Of a DNA stretch of 64,000 nucleotides, positions 10,087 to 20,548 are shown piece by piece. The stretch's first letter is position 1, and each line of letters starts with the position of its first letter. Source of the DNA: Escherichia coli (GTDB taxonomy: Bacteria; Pseudomonadota; Gammaproteobacteria; Enterobacterales; Enterobacteriaceae); NCBI RefSeq assembly GCF_016903815.1, contig NZ_CP069973.1; one strand, 5' to 3'. Under the pieces are notes generated by a model. That model had not been told where the DNA came from, made no database searches, and worked only from the letters and a program-made list of their open reading frames with translations. A program made the position numbers and the translations under genes.

Positions 10087-10105
10087 GATAATAATGATCA
10101 TTCTC
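10087..10105. promoter_or_regulatory. Candidate Fur box upstream of the chuT operon
   Basis: gataataatgatcattctc matches the Fur consensus at about 15 of 19 positions; lies in the chuA-chuT divergent region just 5' of the chuT ATG at 10129. Confidence 0.55.
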
Positions 10106-10128
10106 AATTTGATAAGAGTTCTCATATT

Positions 10129-11043
10129 ATGCCAAGGATCATCACCAGGCCGTTTCTTTTTTCCCCACTAACGTTATGTATTTCAGCCGTGGCCTCTGCC
10201 GCGAAGACCGCGGTAAAACGAAAAAAAATGTTTACGGCAGTACTGGCTCTTAGCTGGGCTTTTAGCGTAACGGCTGCCGAACGTATCGTGGTCGCAGGAG
10301 GATCGCTGACGGAGCTAATCTACGCGATGGGCGCTGGCGAACGCGTGGTTGGTGTCGATGAAACGACATCTTATCCACCAGAAACCGCCAAACTGCCGCA
10401 TATTGGCTACTGGAAACAACTCAACAGCGAAGGCATTTTGTCACTTCGCCCGGATAGCGTAATTACCTGGCAGGATGCCGGGCCACAAATTGTGCTCGAC
10501 CAACTACGAGCGCAGAAAGTCAACGTCGTTACCCTGCCGCGTGTGCCTGCCACCCTTGAGCAGATGTACGCCAACATTCGCCAACTGGCAAAAACGCTAC
10601 AGGTTCCTGAACAAGGCGAGGCGCTGGTGACACAGATCAACCAACGCCTGGAGCGAGTACAGCAAAACGTGGCGGCCAAAAAAGCCCCGGTTAAAGCCAT
10701 GTTTATTCTCTCCGCAGGCGGAAGTGCGCCACAGGTTGCCGGTAAAGGCAGCGTCGCGGACGCCATTCTTTCGCTTGCCGGAGCAGAAAACGTCGCAACC
10801 CACCAGCAGTACAAAAGCTACAGTGCAGAATCACTGATTGCGGCCAATCCAGAAGTGATTGTCGTAACCTCACAAATGGTCGATGGCGATATTAATCGGC
10901 TACGTTCTATTGCCGGAATTACCCACACTGCCGCATGGAAAAACCAGCGCATTATCACCGTTGATCAAAACCTGATTCTGGGAATGGGTCCGCGTATTGC
11001 TGATGTCGTTGAGTCTTTACACCAGCAGCTTTGGCCGCAATAA
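10129..11043 (+). CDS. chuT: Periplasmic haem-binding protein ChuT
   Basis: Class III periplasmic binding protein. The ORF track opens at 10051 with TTG; I chose the first ATG (MPRIITRP...). A later start at 10228 (MFTAVLALSW...) is also possible. Confidence 0.8.
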   Translation: MPRIITRPFLFSPLTLCISAVASAAKTAVKRKKMFTAVLALSWAFSVTAAERIVVAGGSLTELIYAMGAGERVVGVDETTSYPPETAKLPHIGYWKQLNSEGILSLRPDSVITWQDAGPQIVLDQLRAQKVNVVTLPRVPATLEQMYANIRQLAKTLQVPEQGEALVTQINQRLERVQQNVAAKKAPVKAMFILSAGGSAPQVAGKGSVADAILSLAGAENVATHQQYKSYSAESLIAANPEVIVVTSQMVDGDINRLRSIAGITHTAAWKNQRIITVDQNLILGMGPRIADVVESLHQQLWPQ

Positions 11044-11062
11044 ATGGATTTAAATCAGACGA

Positions 11063-12400
11063 ATGAACGCAAATAACACCCTGGATCTCACGCCACATTT
11101 TGCTTTAGACGGTGATCAGCCATTTAAAGACAGGCGCGCCATGATGCCGTTTCGTGGAGCCATTCCGGTTGCCAAAGAGCAACTGGCACAGACCTGGCAA
11201 GAGATGATCAATCAAACGGTATCACCACGTAAGCGACTGGTTTATCTACACATTCCTTTTTGTGCGACACACTGCACGTTTTGTGGTTTTTATCAGAACC
11301 GTTTTAATGAAGATGCGTGTGCTCATTATACCGACGCCCTGATTCGTGAAATAGAAATGGAAGCGGACAGCGTATTGCATCATTCTGCCCCCATCCACGC
11401 GGTCTATTTCGGTGGCGGTACGCCTTCCGCGCTTTCGGCACACGATTTGGCCAGAATCATCACCACATTACGAGAAAAGCTGCCACTGGCCCCTGATTGT
11501 GAAATCACTATCGAAGGCCGGGTACTGAATTTTGACGCTGAGCGAATCGATGCTTGCCTTGATGCAGGAGCAAACCGCTTCTCAATTGGTATTCAGTCGT
11601 TTAACAGCAAAATCCGTAAGAAAATGGCCCGCACCTCGGATGGCCCAACCGCCATTGCGTTTATGGAAAGCCTGGTCAAACGCGACCGTGCTGCGGTGGT
11701 CTGTGATCTGCTGTTTGGCCTGCCGGGTCAGGATGCGCAAACCTGGGGAGAAGATCTGGCTATTGCTCGCGATATCGGTCTCGACGGCGTCGATCTCTAT
11801 GCGCTCAATGTCCTGCCCAATACACCGCTGGGCAAAGCCGTGGAAAATGGGCGCACTACCGTGCCCTCTCCGGCAGAACGTCGCGATCTTTATCTGCAAG
11901 GGTGTGATTTTATGGACGATGACGGTTGGCGCTGCATCAGTAACAGCCACTGGGGCCGTACCACACGCGAACGCAATCTCTATAACCTGCTGATAAAACA
12001 AGGTGCCGATTGTCTGGCCTTTGGTTCCGGAGCCGGCGGTTCGATTAATGGTTACTCCTGGATGAACGAACGCAATCTTCAGACCTGGCATGAATCCGTC
12101 GCGGCAGGCAAAAAACCGCTGATGATGATCATGCGTAACGCCGAACGTGATGCGCAATGGCGTCATACCTTGCAGTCAGGTGTTGAAACAGCGCGTGTAC
12201 CGCTGGATGAACTTACGCCACATGCCGAAAAACTCGCGCCGTTACTGGCTCAATGGCACCAAAAAGGCTTAAGCCGCGATGCGTCAACTTGCCTGCGGCT
12301 GACTAATGAAGGTCGTTTCTGGGCAAGCAATATTTTGCAGTCTCTTAATGAACTAATTCAGGTACTTAATGCGCCAGCGATTGTGCGTGAAAAACCATAA
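11063..12400 (+). CDS. chuW: Radical SAM enzyme ChuW, HemN-like anaerobilin synthase (445 aa)
   Basis: CxxxCxxC radical-SAM motif (FCATHCTFCGFY) in a 445-aa HemN-like protein within the chu operon. Confidence 0.9.
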   Translation: MNANNTLDLTPHFALDGDQPFKDRRAMMPFRGAIPVAKEQLAQTWQEMINQTVSPRKRLVYLHIPFCATHCTFCGFYQNRFNEDACAHYTDALIREIEMEADSVLHHSAPIHAVYFGGGTPSALSAHDLARIITTLREKLPLAPDCEITIEGRVLNFDAERIDACLDAGANRFSIGIQSFNSKIRKKMARTSDGPTAIAFMESLVKRDRAAVVCDLLFGLPGQDAQTWGEDLAIARDIGLDGVDLYALNVLPNTPLGKAVENGRTTVPSPAERRDLYLQGCDFMDDDGWRCISNSHWGRTTRERNLYNLLIKQGADCLAFGSGAGGSINGYSWMNERNLQTWHESVAAGKKPLMMIMRNAERDAQWRHTLQSGVETARVPLDELTPHAEKLAPLLAQWHQKGLSRDASTCLRLTNEGRFWASNILQSLNELIQVLNAPAIVREKP

Positions 12401-12412
12401 CAGGAGTGATTT

Positions 12413-12907
12413 ATGAGCCATGTCTCGTTACAAGAATTTTTGAAAACGGAGCCGGACGGTACGCTGGAGGTGGTAGCCGAACAATACAACACCACACTGC
12501 TGGAAGTAGTGAAAAACCTGCCCTCCTCAACCATAGTGTCAGGCGATAAATTCGATACTGTCTGGGATACCGTCTGCGAATGGGGCAACGTCACCACGTT
12601 AGTACATACTGCCGATGTTATCCTCGAATTTAGCGGCGAACTGCCTTCGGGTTTCCACCGCCACGGCTATTTCAACCTACGCGGAAAGCACGGCATGTCC
12701 GGGCATATCAAAGCAGAAAACTGCACGCATATTGCCTTGATCGAACGTAAATTTATGGGCATGGACACCGCCTCTATTCTCTTTTTCAATAAGAAAGGCA
12801 GCGCCATGCTGAAAATCTTCCTCGGCAGGGATGACCATCGTCAGCTCCTGAGCGAACAAGTCAGCGCCTTCCATGCTCTGGCAGCATCGTTAAAGGAACA
12901 CGCCTGA
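12413..12907 (+). CDS. chuX: Haem utilisation protein ChuX (164 aa)
   Basis: 164-aa ORF in conserved chuWXY order, tightly packed with its neighbours. Confidence 0.85.
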   Translation: MSHVSLQEFLKTEPDGTLEVVAEQYNTTLLEVVKNLPSSTIVSGDKFDTVWDTVCEWGNVTTLVHTADVILEFSGELPSGFHRHGYFNLRGKHGMSGHIKAENCTHIALIERKFMGMDTASILFFNKKGSAMLKIFLGRDDHRQLLSEQVSAFHALAASLKEHA

Positions 12908-13530
12908 TGACACCGTGGCTACTCTTTGGCGCAGGCGGAAAAGGTGTGGGTGCCAGAACGCTTGAACTGGCGCTGGCAGAGCAACGTCCGGTCGTTGCTG
13001 TCGTTCGTCATGCCGATGCCGCCACGAAACTGGCGCAACAAGGCGTACAGTTTTTTACAGGCGACGCCTGTGATGCCAGCGTAGTCGCGGATGCTTGCCG
13101 CGCAGCTGGCCCGGATGCGCTTATCATCTCAACAATGGGCGGAGCTCAGGATTATCTGGCGCACAGAACAGTGATTGATGAGGCCGAAAAGGCCGGCATT
13201 AGTCGCATGATTCTGGTGACCTCTTTGGGATGCGGCGATAGCTGGCCGTTTTTATCGGAGCGAGCAAAGGCTGCGTTTGGTCAGGCGGTACGGGAAAAAA
13301 CGCTGGCGGAAAGCTGGTTGCAAACCAGCCAGCTTGATTACGCCATTCTCCGCCCTGGCGGTCTGCTTGATGGGGCGGCAACGGGCAAAGCACAACGGAT
13401 ACAAAATCAGGAGTGTCATGGTTTTGTTAACCGTGCCGATGTCGCCGCACATATCCATGAACTGGCAAATGCGCCAGCACTTAACCAGCAGGTCTACAGT
13501 CTGATTGAACCGGACCTGAAACCGGCGTGA
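12907..13530 (+). CDS. chuY: NAD(P)-binding reductase ChuY (207 aa)
   Basis: N-terminal Rossmann-like GxxGxxG (LLFGAGGKGVGA); start overlaps the chuX stop. Confidence 0.85.
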   Translation: MTPWLLFGAGGKGVGARTLELALAEQRPVVAVVRHADAATKLAQQGVQFFTGDACDASVVADACRAAGPDALIISTMGGAQDYLAHRTVIDEAEKAGISRMILVTSLGCGDSWPFLSERAKAAFGQAVREKTLAESWLQTSQLDYAILRPGGLLDGAATGKAQRIQNQECHGFVNRADVAAHIHELANAPALNQQVYSLIEPDLKPA

Positions 13531-13578
13531 TCCCCCGGCGCGGAATCTCCGCGCCGTAATGTCGTAACGGAGTTTTGC

Positions 13579-14571
13579 GTGCTCAAGGATTCACTCTCTT
13601 CCGCCAGGGTCTTTATGGGGCTATCACTATTATTGCTCGCTCTGGTGCTGTTCGGTGCCAGTCAGGGAGCGTTAAAGATCAGTTTTGATGCTCTTTTTGA
13701 TGAGGAATACCGCGATATCTGGCTCAATATTCGTCTACCACGGGTTTTGCTGGCGGTGCTGGTAGGTGCAGCGTTGGCAACCGCAGGGGTAATTATGCAG
13801 GGGCTTTTTCGCAACCCAATGGCTGACCCAGGATTACTTGGCGTCAGTAGCGGTTCTGCATTAATGGTTGGCGTTGCTATTGTGCTACCGTTCTCCTTCC
13901 CAGTGGTGCTGGTGCTCTATGAGCAAATGGTGTTTGCCATTGCCGGAAGTTTAGTGGTCTGCACCATCATTTTTCTCATCACGCAGCGCCATCGCGATGG
14001 CAGCATGATGCAATTATTACTCGCCGGTATCGCCATCAATGCCCTGTGCGGCGCAGCGATCGGCATCCTGAGCTATATCGGCGATGAGCAGCAGCTACGA
14101 CAACTCACATTGTGGATGATGGGCAATCTTGGACAGGCGCAATGGCCGACGTTATTGGTTGCCAGTTCATTCATCCTACCGGCCATTATCGCAACAACTT
14201 GTCTCGCCGGAACGCTGAATTTACTGCAGCTCGGTGATGAAGAAGCCCACTACCTCGGCGTGAACGTTAAGCGTAAACGCCAGCAATTACTGTTAGTGAG
14301 CTCACTGCTCGTTGGTGCCGCCGTATCGGTAAGCGGCATTATCGGCTTTATTGGCCTGGTGATCCCGCATCTGATTCGTATGACTACCGGGGCAAATCAC
14401 CGCTGGCTAATCCCTTGCTCCGCCCTCGCCGGAGCCTGTTTATTGCTGATGGCAGACACGCTTGCCCGCACGCTGGTACAGCCAGCAGAAATGCCCGTGG
14501 GATTATTAACCAGCCTGCTTGGTGGCCCTTATTTTATGTGGTTGATTCTGCGCAACCGGAGGATCACATGA
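13579..14571 (+). CDS. chuU: Haem ABC transporter permease ChuU (330 aa)
   Basis: FecCD-family polytopic permease; start codon appears non-ATG in the ORF track. Confidence 0.85.
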   Translation: MLKDSLSSARVFMGLSLLLLALVLFGASQGALKISFDALFDEEYRDIWLNIRLPRVLLAVLVGAALATAGVIMQGLFRNPMADPGLLGVSSGSALMVGVAIVLPFSFPVVLVLYEQMVFAIAGSLVVCTIIFLITQRHRDGSMMQLLLAGIAINALCGAAIGILSYIGDEQQLRQLTLWMMGNLGQAQWPTLLVASSFILPAIIATTCLAGTLNLLQLGDEEAHYLGVNVKRKRQQLLLVSSLLVGAAVSVSGIIGFIGLVIPHLIRMTTGANHRWLIPCSALAGACLLLMADTLARTLVQPAEMPVGLLTSLLGGPYFMWLILRNRRIT

Positions 14572-15338
14572 TCAGCGCCCAGAATCTGGTTTATAGCCTT
14601 CAGGGGCGGCGTCTGACTGATAATGTCTCGCTGACTTTTCCCGGTGGGGAAATCGTTGCCATTCTCGGCCCTAATGGTGCGGGAAAATCTACGCTGCTTC
14701 GCCAGTTAACCGGCTATCTTCAACCTGATAGCGGCGAATGTCGGTTGTTTAATAAGCCATTAAATGAATGGTCGATTACTGAACTGGCGAAACACCGGGC
14801 CGTGATGCGTCAAAATAGCCACATGGCGTTTCCATTCAGCGTACAAGAAGTTATCCAGATGGGGCGGCATCCGCATCGCACTGGTAATCAGGATAATGAA
14901 ACAGCACAAATAATGGCGTTATGTGACTGTCAGGCGTTAGCAAACCGCGACTATCGGCAATTATCCGGTGGTGAACAACAGCGCGTGCAATTAGCGCGCC
15001 TGCTGGTGCAACTCTGGGAACCTACTCCCTCACCGAAATGGTTATTTCTTGATGAACCAACTTCGGCGCTGGATATTCACCATCAGCAGCACTTGTTTCG
15101 TTTATTACGCCAGCTAGTTCACGAACGGCAGTTCAATGTTTGCTGCGTATTGCACGATCTAAATCTTGCCGCGCGTTATGCAGACCGTGTTGTATTAATG
15201 CAAAAAGGAAAGGTTATCGCAAATGGTAAACCACAGGACGTATTGACACAGCAGGCGCTGACCATGCTTTACGGCGCGGATATTACCGTACTTAAAGATC
15301 CTGCCAGCCATTCCCCCCTGATCGTCCTCGATCATTAA
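14568..15338 (+). CDS. chuV: Haem ABC transporter ATPase ChuV (256 aa)
   Basis: Walker [13 protein letters not shown] signature LSGGEQQR, Walker B LFLDEP. Start taken at [10 protein letters not shown] with ATGA overlap to chuU; the ORF-track start at 14415 is an in-frame extension inside chuU. Confidence 0.9.
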   Translation: MISAQNLVYSLQGRRLTDNVSLTFPGGEIVAILGPNGAGKSTLLRQLTGYLQPDSGECRLFNKPLNEWSITELAKHRAVMRQNSHMAFPFSVQEVIQMGRHPHRTGNQDNETAQIMALCDCQALANRDYRQLSGGEQQRVQLARLLVQLWEPTPSPKWLFLDEPTSALDIHHQQHLFRLLRQLVHERQFNVCCVLHDLNLAARYADRVVLMQKGKVIANGKPQDVLTQQALTMLYGADITVLKDPASHSPLIVLDH

Positions 15339-15344
15339 AACCAA

Positions 15345-15369
15345 CAGGAGTACCGCTCTGGTACTCCTG
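15345..15369. terminator. Hairpin between convergent chuV and yhiD
   Basis: caggagtacc-gctct-ggtactcctg, a perfect 10-bp stem with 5-nt loop, in the 51-bp gap between the two convergent stop codons. Confidence 0.55.
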
Positions 15370-15389
15370 TGAATAAATAACTATAAAGA

Positions 15390-16037
15390 TTAGCTAATTG
15401 AAACGCCTTTCACCCCTGCCATACCTTTTAATAATCGCAACAGGTCTTCTATCGACGTTGTGGCATGAAGCTGGATATCAATGGCGACCACTTCATGATC
15501 TTCATTTTCCTGCAACGAAACTAAATCAGTTTTTATTTTTTGCTGCTTAAACCAGTCGAGCATTGATACCGTATTACCGTTCACTAATGTCAGCTGTAAA
15601 TGGTAATTTTTGTTCATCAGGCGGAAGGTTAATTGATGGAAGACTTCCAGCACCAGCAAGGTCATCACTGAACCATAAATGCCCAGTTCGTACATACCAC
15701 TGCCAATAACCATACCTATAGCGGCGGTCACCCAGATATCCGCTGCCGTCGTCAGACCTACAATATTTTGGTTACGAACGAGAATGTTACCTGCGCCGAT
15801 AAACCCGACGCCCGTCACCACCTGAGCAGCAATACGGCTGGGGTCCAGTCCGACGTGATCTAAAGACAGCACGTCAGCAAAACCATATTTCGAAACAATC
15901 ATAAACAGGGCGCTTCCCATGCCAATTAATACATGTGTGCGTAACCCTGCTCCTTTGCCGCGCATTTGCCTTTCCATGCCAATAGCGCCACAGGCAATTG
16001 CTGCGAGTATAAGACGTATAATAAATTCTGCTGTCAT
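15390..16037 (-). CDS. yhiD: MgtC-family inner membrane protein YhiD (215 aa)
   Basis: MTAEFIIRLILAAIACGAIGMERQ MgtC/SapB-type N-terminus; synteny with hdeB. Confidence 0.9.
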   Translation of the reverse strand: MTAEFIIRLILAAIACGAIGMERQMRGKGAGLRTHVLIGMGSALFMIVSKYGFADVLSLDHVGLDPSRIAAQVVTGVGFIGAGNILVRNQNIVGLTTAADIWVTAAIGMVIGSGMYELGIYGSVMTLLVLEVFHQLTFRLMNKNYHLQLTLVNGNTVSMLDWFKQQKIKTDLVSLQENEDHEVVAIDIQLHATTSIEDLLRLLKGMAGVKGVSIS

Positions 16038-16100
16038 ATAAAAATGCAAAAAGGAGCAGCAAGATGGCTCAACTTGCTACTCCTTTTTACTTGTACCTCA

Positions 16101-16427
16101 TTAATTCGGCAAGTCATTAGATGCTTGATTTTTGAAGGTATACAAATTTTTCTGCGGGTTTTTCTTGCAGTATTCGATCACTTTAGGAATTTGAGTGAGA
16201 TCGGTTTCATTTAAAGTAACGGTATCGCCACCTTTATATACTGTCTCTTCATGCAGCATCCACCATGCAACCGGTGTCATTGCTTTTGGATTCAGATCAA
16301 TAAATTCCTGGCAGGTCATATCTTTAGCGGATTCATTGGCTGCCAGCGCAGATTGTGCGTTCACCAGTGACAAAGCCGCTACAGCGCCCATAAAAATAAA
16401 CGCTTTACGGAGAGATGAAATATTCAT
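16101..16427 (-). CDS. hdeB: Periplasmic acid-stress chaperone HdeB (108 aa)
   Basis: MNISSLRKAFIFMGAVAALSLVNAQSALA signal peptide; hdeAB operon arrangement. Confidence 0.9.
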   Translation of the reverse strand: MNISSLRKAFIFMGAVAALSLVNAQSALAANESAKDMTCQEFIDLNPKAMTPVAWWMLHEETVYKGGDTVTLNETDLTQIPKVIEYCKKNPQKNLYTFKNQASNDLPN

Positions 16428-16542
16428 TTTGTAACCCATTCAATATAGAGATTATATATGAACAGGAGGAATAGCTGCTTTTAAAGAAGATATTCCGGCC
16501 TGTTCAATATGCAAGGAAGTACGATGTAACGCATTCCCGGAA

Positions 16543-16875
16543 TTACATATCTTTCTTAATTTTGTCCCATTCGCCTTTAACTTTATCTTTAAAGTTGGCT
16601 TGTTTATCCTGAGTACAAGCCTGAACGATAGCTGGGGTTACGGTTGCAATACCCTGAACATCTAAAACCGCATCTTCTGGTTTATCTTTGTTGTTCAGCG
16701 CTTCAGCAAAACCAACTGCAGTTGGCTGGAAGGATTCGTCCACAGCCAGGAAATCTTCACAGGTCCAGGAGTTGACCGGTTTTTTGTTATCAGCTGCTTT
16801 TTGCGCATCCGCTGCATTGCTCACAACTGGCAGAAGAAGCAGACCACCAAGAATAACGCCTAATACTTTTTTCAT
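16543..16875 (-). CDS. hdeA: Periplasmic acid-stress chaperone HdeA (110 aa)
   Basis: MKKVLGVILGGLLLLPVVSNAADAQK..., 110 aa, upstream of hdeB on the same strand. Confidence 0.95.
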   Translation of the reverse strand: MKKVLGVILGGLLLLPVVSNAADAQKAADNKKPVNSWTCEDFLAVDESFQPTAVGFAEALNNKDKPEDAVLDVQGIATVTPAIVQACTQDKQANFKDKVKGEWDKIKKDM

Positions 16876-17129
16876 CGTAATATCCTCAACTATAAAGTGA
16901 AAGAGCCGTCACGAATCAATTTCGACACTGAGGTTATAACCTGGTTTTCTGTATATGTCATGTTGATGGAAAATATCAAAATCAGATATTTTTATTTCAA
17001 TACAATGAGTTACAGATGCATCAGATACTGTAATTAGGAAATTTTTATTAAATCGACTGCATTCTTAGACGCGTTTTTGGCATAGATTGATAGCAGGGGA
17101 TTTTCTTCTTAATTTTATAGGGTGGTTCT

Positions 17130-17702
17130 ATGTTATATATAGATAAGGCAACAATTTTGAAGTTTGATCTGGAGATGCTGAAAAAGCATCGCAGAGCAAT
17201 CCAGTTTATTGCCGTGTTGCTGTTTATCGTCGGGTTGCTGTGTATCAGTTTCCCGTTCGTCTCTGGCGATATTTTAAGCACGGTAGTGGGTGCATTATTA
17301 ATCTGCTCGGGCGTTGCGCTTATTGTCGGGTTATTCAGCAACCGCAGTCATAATTTCTGGCCGGTATTATCCGGTTTCCTCGTCGCAGTCGCCTATTTAT
17401 TGATCGGCTATTTCTTCATCCGCGCACCGGAGCTGGGCATTTTTGCCATTGCGGCATTTATTGCCGGTTTGTTCTGTGTTGCAGGGGTTATTCGCCTGAT
17501 GAGTTGGTATCGTCAGCGTTCAATGAAAGGCAGCTGGCTACAGCTCGTTATTGGTGTGCTGGATATCGTCATTGCATGGATATTCCTTGGTGCAACGCCG
17601 ATGGTGTCTGTAACTTTGGTTTCCACACTGGTGGGTATTGAACTGATATTTAGCGCCGCCAGCCTGTTCAGCTTCGCCAGTTTGTTCGTTAAGCAGCAAT
17701 AA
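17130..17702 (+). CDS. hdeD: Acid-resistance membrane protein HdeD (190 aa)
   Basis: 190-aa multi-TM protein divergent from hdeAB. Confidence 0.9.
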   Translation: MLYIDKATILKFDLEMLKKHRRAIQFIAVLLFIVGLLCISFPFVSGDILSTVVGALLICSGVALIVGLFSNRSHNFWPVLSGFLVAVAYLLIGYFFIRAPELGIFAIAAFIAGLFCVAGVIRLMSWYRQRSMKGSWLQLVIGVLDIVIAWIFLGATPMVSVTLVSTLVGIELIFSAASLFSFASLFVKQQ

Positions 17703-17720
17703 TTATTCTTGTTGTCACCC

Positions 17721-17751
17721 GGATCATAGTCACTTGATGTGACTATGATCC
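17721..17751. terminator. 31-bp near-perfect palindrome just after the hdeD stop
   Basis: ggatcatagtcac-ttga-tgtgactatgatcc, a 13-14 bp stem, 19 bp after the hdeD stop; no obvious T-tract. Confidence 0.4.
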
Positions 17752-18500
17752 GATTAATACTCTCTCCGCTACACAGCGTTGTAGATCAATTGCGCACTAT
17801 CATTGAAATAATTACCTGCTGATGATTATTTCAACCTACTGAATTTCATCTAATTTTTTTCATTCCATGGCAAATTAGCCATTTCAAACATTATCATGGC
17901 TGATATTTTCCGTAGTCAGGTTTAATGTTTTAAAAGTGCTGTGGGAAAGTGAACAAAGAGTTCCGTAAGCGTTGATGCTATGGGCGGTTAAATAAGTAAT
18001 CCGGGTTCATTTTTTTGCAACAGGCGTTGATTACATTGCATAAATATCCGTGTCTCCAGACGCTATATAAAAACCTGAAGACATGAATGCGTTATTTACT
18101 CAGGTAATTTCAATGCGTTAAAAGAAAGCTGGCAATCCAATTGCCAGCTTAAGTCGAAACAAGGAGACTCGATATTTAAATCGGATTACATTTTAACTTT
18201 AGTAATATTCTTCAGAGATCACAAACTGGTTATTGATAACTTATTCTTGGGCAGTAATCCGCAAACGTTAACTTTTTGTTTACCATTTACAAATTGATAA
18301 CAACCAGGAATCTTACTTAGGATCAATATATGGAGTGCGTGATGGATAAATCTGAAGTATTGATTAGTGTTAATAGACGTATTAGTTCACGAAGGGCAAA
18401 GTTCTTATAGGCGTTTACTATATTGAACAACGATTCGGACAAGGATGTAAATAATGAAAAGGATGACATGTTCGAAACGATAACGGCTAAGGAGCAAGTT

Positions 18501-19028
18501 ATGATTTTTCTCATGACGAAAGATTCTTTTCTTTTACAGGGCTTTTGGCAGTTGAAAGATAATCACGAAATGATAAAAATCAATTCCCTGTCAGAGATCA
18601 AAAAAGTAGGCAATAAACCCTTCAAGGTTATCATTGATACCTATCACAATCATATCCTTGATGAAGAAGCGATTAAATTTCTGGAGAAATTAGATGCCGA
18701 GAGAATTATTGTTTTGGCACCTTATCACATCAGTAAACTAAAAGCTAAAGCGCCTATTTATTTTGTTAGTCGCAAAGAAAGTATCAAAAATCTTCTTGAG
18801 ATTACTTATGGTAAACACTTGCCCCATAAGAATTCACAATTATGTTTTTCACATAATCAGTTCAAAATTATGCAACTGATTCTGAAAAATAAAAATGAAA
18901 GCAATATCACGTCGACGCTCAATATTTCGCAACAAACATTAAAGATTCAGAAATTCAACATTATGTACAAGCTGAAACTAAGACGTATGAGCGACATCGT
19001 CACCCTGGGTATCACATCTTATTTTTAG
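18501..19028 (+). CDS. gadE: LuxR-family acid-resistance activator GadE (175 aa)
   Basis: MIFLMTKDSFLLQGFWQLK... 175 aa, preceded by a ~800-bp AT-rich regulatory region after hdeD. The ORF-track start at 18423 is an upstream extension. Confidence 0.9.
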   Translation: MIFLMTKDSFLLQGFWQLKDNHEMIKINSLSEIKKVGNKPFKVIIDTYHNHILDEEAIKFLEKLDAERIIVLAPYHISKLKAKAPIYFVSRKESIKNLLEITYGKHLPHKNSQLCFSHNQFKIMQLILKNKNESNITSTLNISQQTLKIQKFNIMYKLKLRRMSDIVTLGITSYF

Positions 19029-19366
19029 TCAGGACATAAGCAACTGAAATTGATGGCTGGCATGACGAGGGATGCAGATGCTGATTTCATTACCCCCGGT
19101 GATTACTAAAGGAGAGGCGAAAACGACTTTATTCCCCTGGTATATGTATCCACCAGTAGAACCCTTCGTTGCCCGAATGCTGGCAGGAACTGTTGGCAGA
19201 ACGGCAACATTTTTTTTGTCGTTGACCTCACCATGTCGATCACTATGCCTGTATCCCACCTTACTGGCTGACAACCCCACTATGCCGCTGGTCTGTAAAT
19301 CCCTCATATCTCTCCTCGCGCGCAATTTAAAGAACCGTTATTTCTCAAGAATTTTCAGGGACTAAA

Positions 19367-20524
19367 ATGAACAGAAGAAGAAAGCTGTTAATACCGTTGT
19401 TATTCTGCGGCGCGATGCTCACCGCCTGCGATGACAAATCGGCGGAAAACGCCGCCGCCATGACGCCTGAGGTCGGTGTCGTCACGCTCTCCCCCGGTTC
19501 GGTCAATGTGTTGAGCGAATTACCCGGTAGAACCGTTCCTTATGAAGTTGCCGAGATACGTCCCCAGGTGGGCGGTATTATCATTAAACGCAACTTTATC
19601 GAAGGCGATAAAGTGAACCAGGGCGATTCGCTGTATCAGATTGATCCTGCACCTTTACAGGCCGAGCTGAACTCCGCCAAAGGCACGCTGGCGAAAGCGC
19701 TCTCTACCGCCAGCAATGCCCGCATCACCTTTAACCGCCAGGCATCGTTGCTGAAGACCAACTACGTTAGCCGTCAGGATTACGACACCGCGCGCACCCA
19801 GTTGAATGAAGCAGAAGCCAATGTCACCGTCGCCAAAGCGGCTGTTGAACAGGCGACTATCAACCTGCAATACGCGAATGTCACCTCGCCGATTACGGGC
19901 GTCAGCGGGAAATCGTCGGTGACCGTCGGCGCACTCGTTACCGCTAATCAGGCAGATTCGCTGGTTACCGTACAACGTCTGGACCCGATTTATGTCGATC
20001 TCACGCAGTCGGTGCAGGATTTCTTGCGCATGAAAGAAGAGGTCGCCAGTGGGCAAATCAAACAGGTTCAGGGCAGTACGCCAGTACAGCTCAATCTGGA
20101 AAATGGTAAACGTTACAGCCAGACCGGCACGCTGAAATTCTCCGACCCGACGGTGGATGAAACCACGGACTCCGTGACGTTACGGGCGATTTTCCCCAAC
20201 CCAAATGGTGACTTGCTGCCTGGCATGTATGTCACGGCATTAGTGGATGAAGGTAGCCGCCAGAATGTATTACTGGTGCCGCAGGAAGGCGTCACCCACA
20301 ACGCCCAGGGTAAAGCAGCGGCGCTCATTCTGGATAAAGACGATGTCGTGCAGCTACGCGAAATTGAAGCCAGCAAAGCCATCGGCGACCAGTGGGTTGT
20401 CACCTCTGGCTTGCAGGCTGGCGATCGGGTGATCGTTTCCGGTTTGCAACGCATTCGTCCGGGTATCAAAGCACGAGCAATTTCCTCCAGCCAGGAAAAC
20501 GTCAGCACCGAATCGAAACAATAA
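19367..20524 (+). CDS. mdtE: RND efflux membrane fusion protein MdtE (385 aa)
   Basis: Lipoprotein signal (LLFCGAMLTAC), AcrA-like periplasmic adaptor, 385 aa. Confidence 0.95.
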   Translation: MNRRRKLLIPLLFCGAMLTACDDKSAENAAAMTPEVGVVTLSPGSVNVLSELPGRTVPYEVAEIRPQVGGIIIKRNFIEGDKVNQGDSLYQIDPAPLQAELNSAKGTLAKALSTASNARITFNRQASLLKTNYVSRQDYDTARTQLNEAEANVTVAKAAVEQATINLQYANVTSPITGVSGKSSVTVGALVTANQADSLVTVQRLDPIYVDLTQSVQDFLRMKEEVASGQIKQVQGSTPVQLNLENGKRYSQTGTLKFSDPTVDETTDSVTLRAIFPNPNGDLLPGMYVTALVDEGSRQNVLLVPQEGVTHNAQGKAAALILDKDDVVQLREIEASKAIGDQWVVTSGLQAGDRVIVSGLQRIRPGIKARAISSSQENVSTESKQ

Positions 20525-20548
20525 CGTTGCAGGCTTAAGGGGGCTTTC

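Noticed and set aside
14415-14567. N-terminal extension of chuV (307 aa)
   Set aside because: The extension lies inside chuU in another frame; the conserved ABC ATPase N-terminus begins at [10 protein letters not shown] with a typical 4-bp overlap.
17703-18500. Possible ArrS antisense sRNA in the hdeD-gadE regulatory region
   Set aside because: I could not localise it from sequence alone, so it is not annotated.
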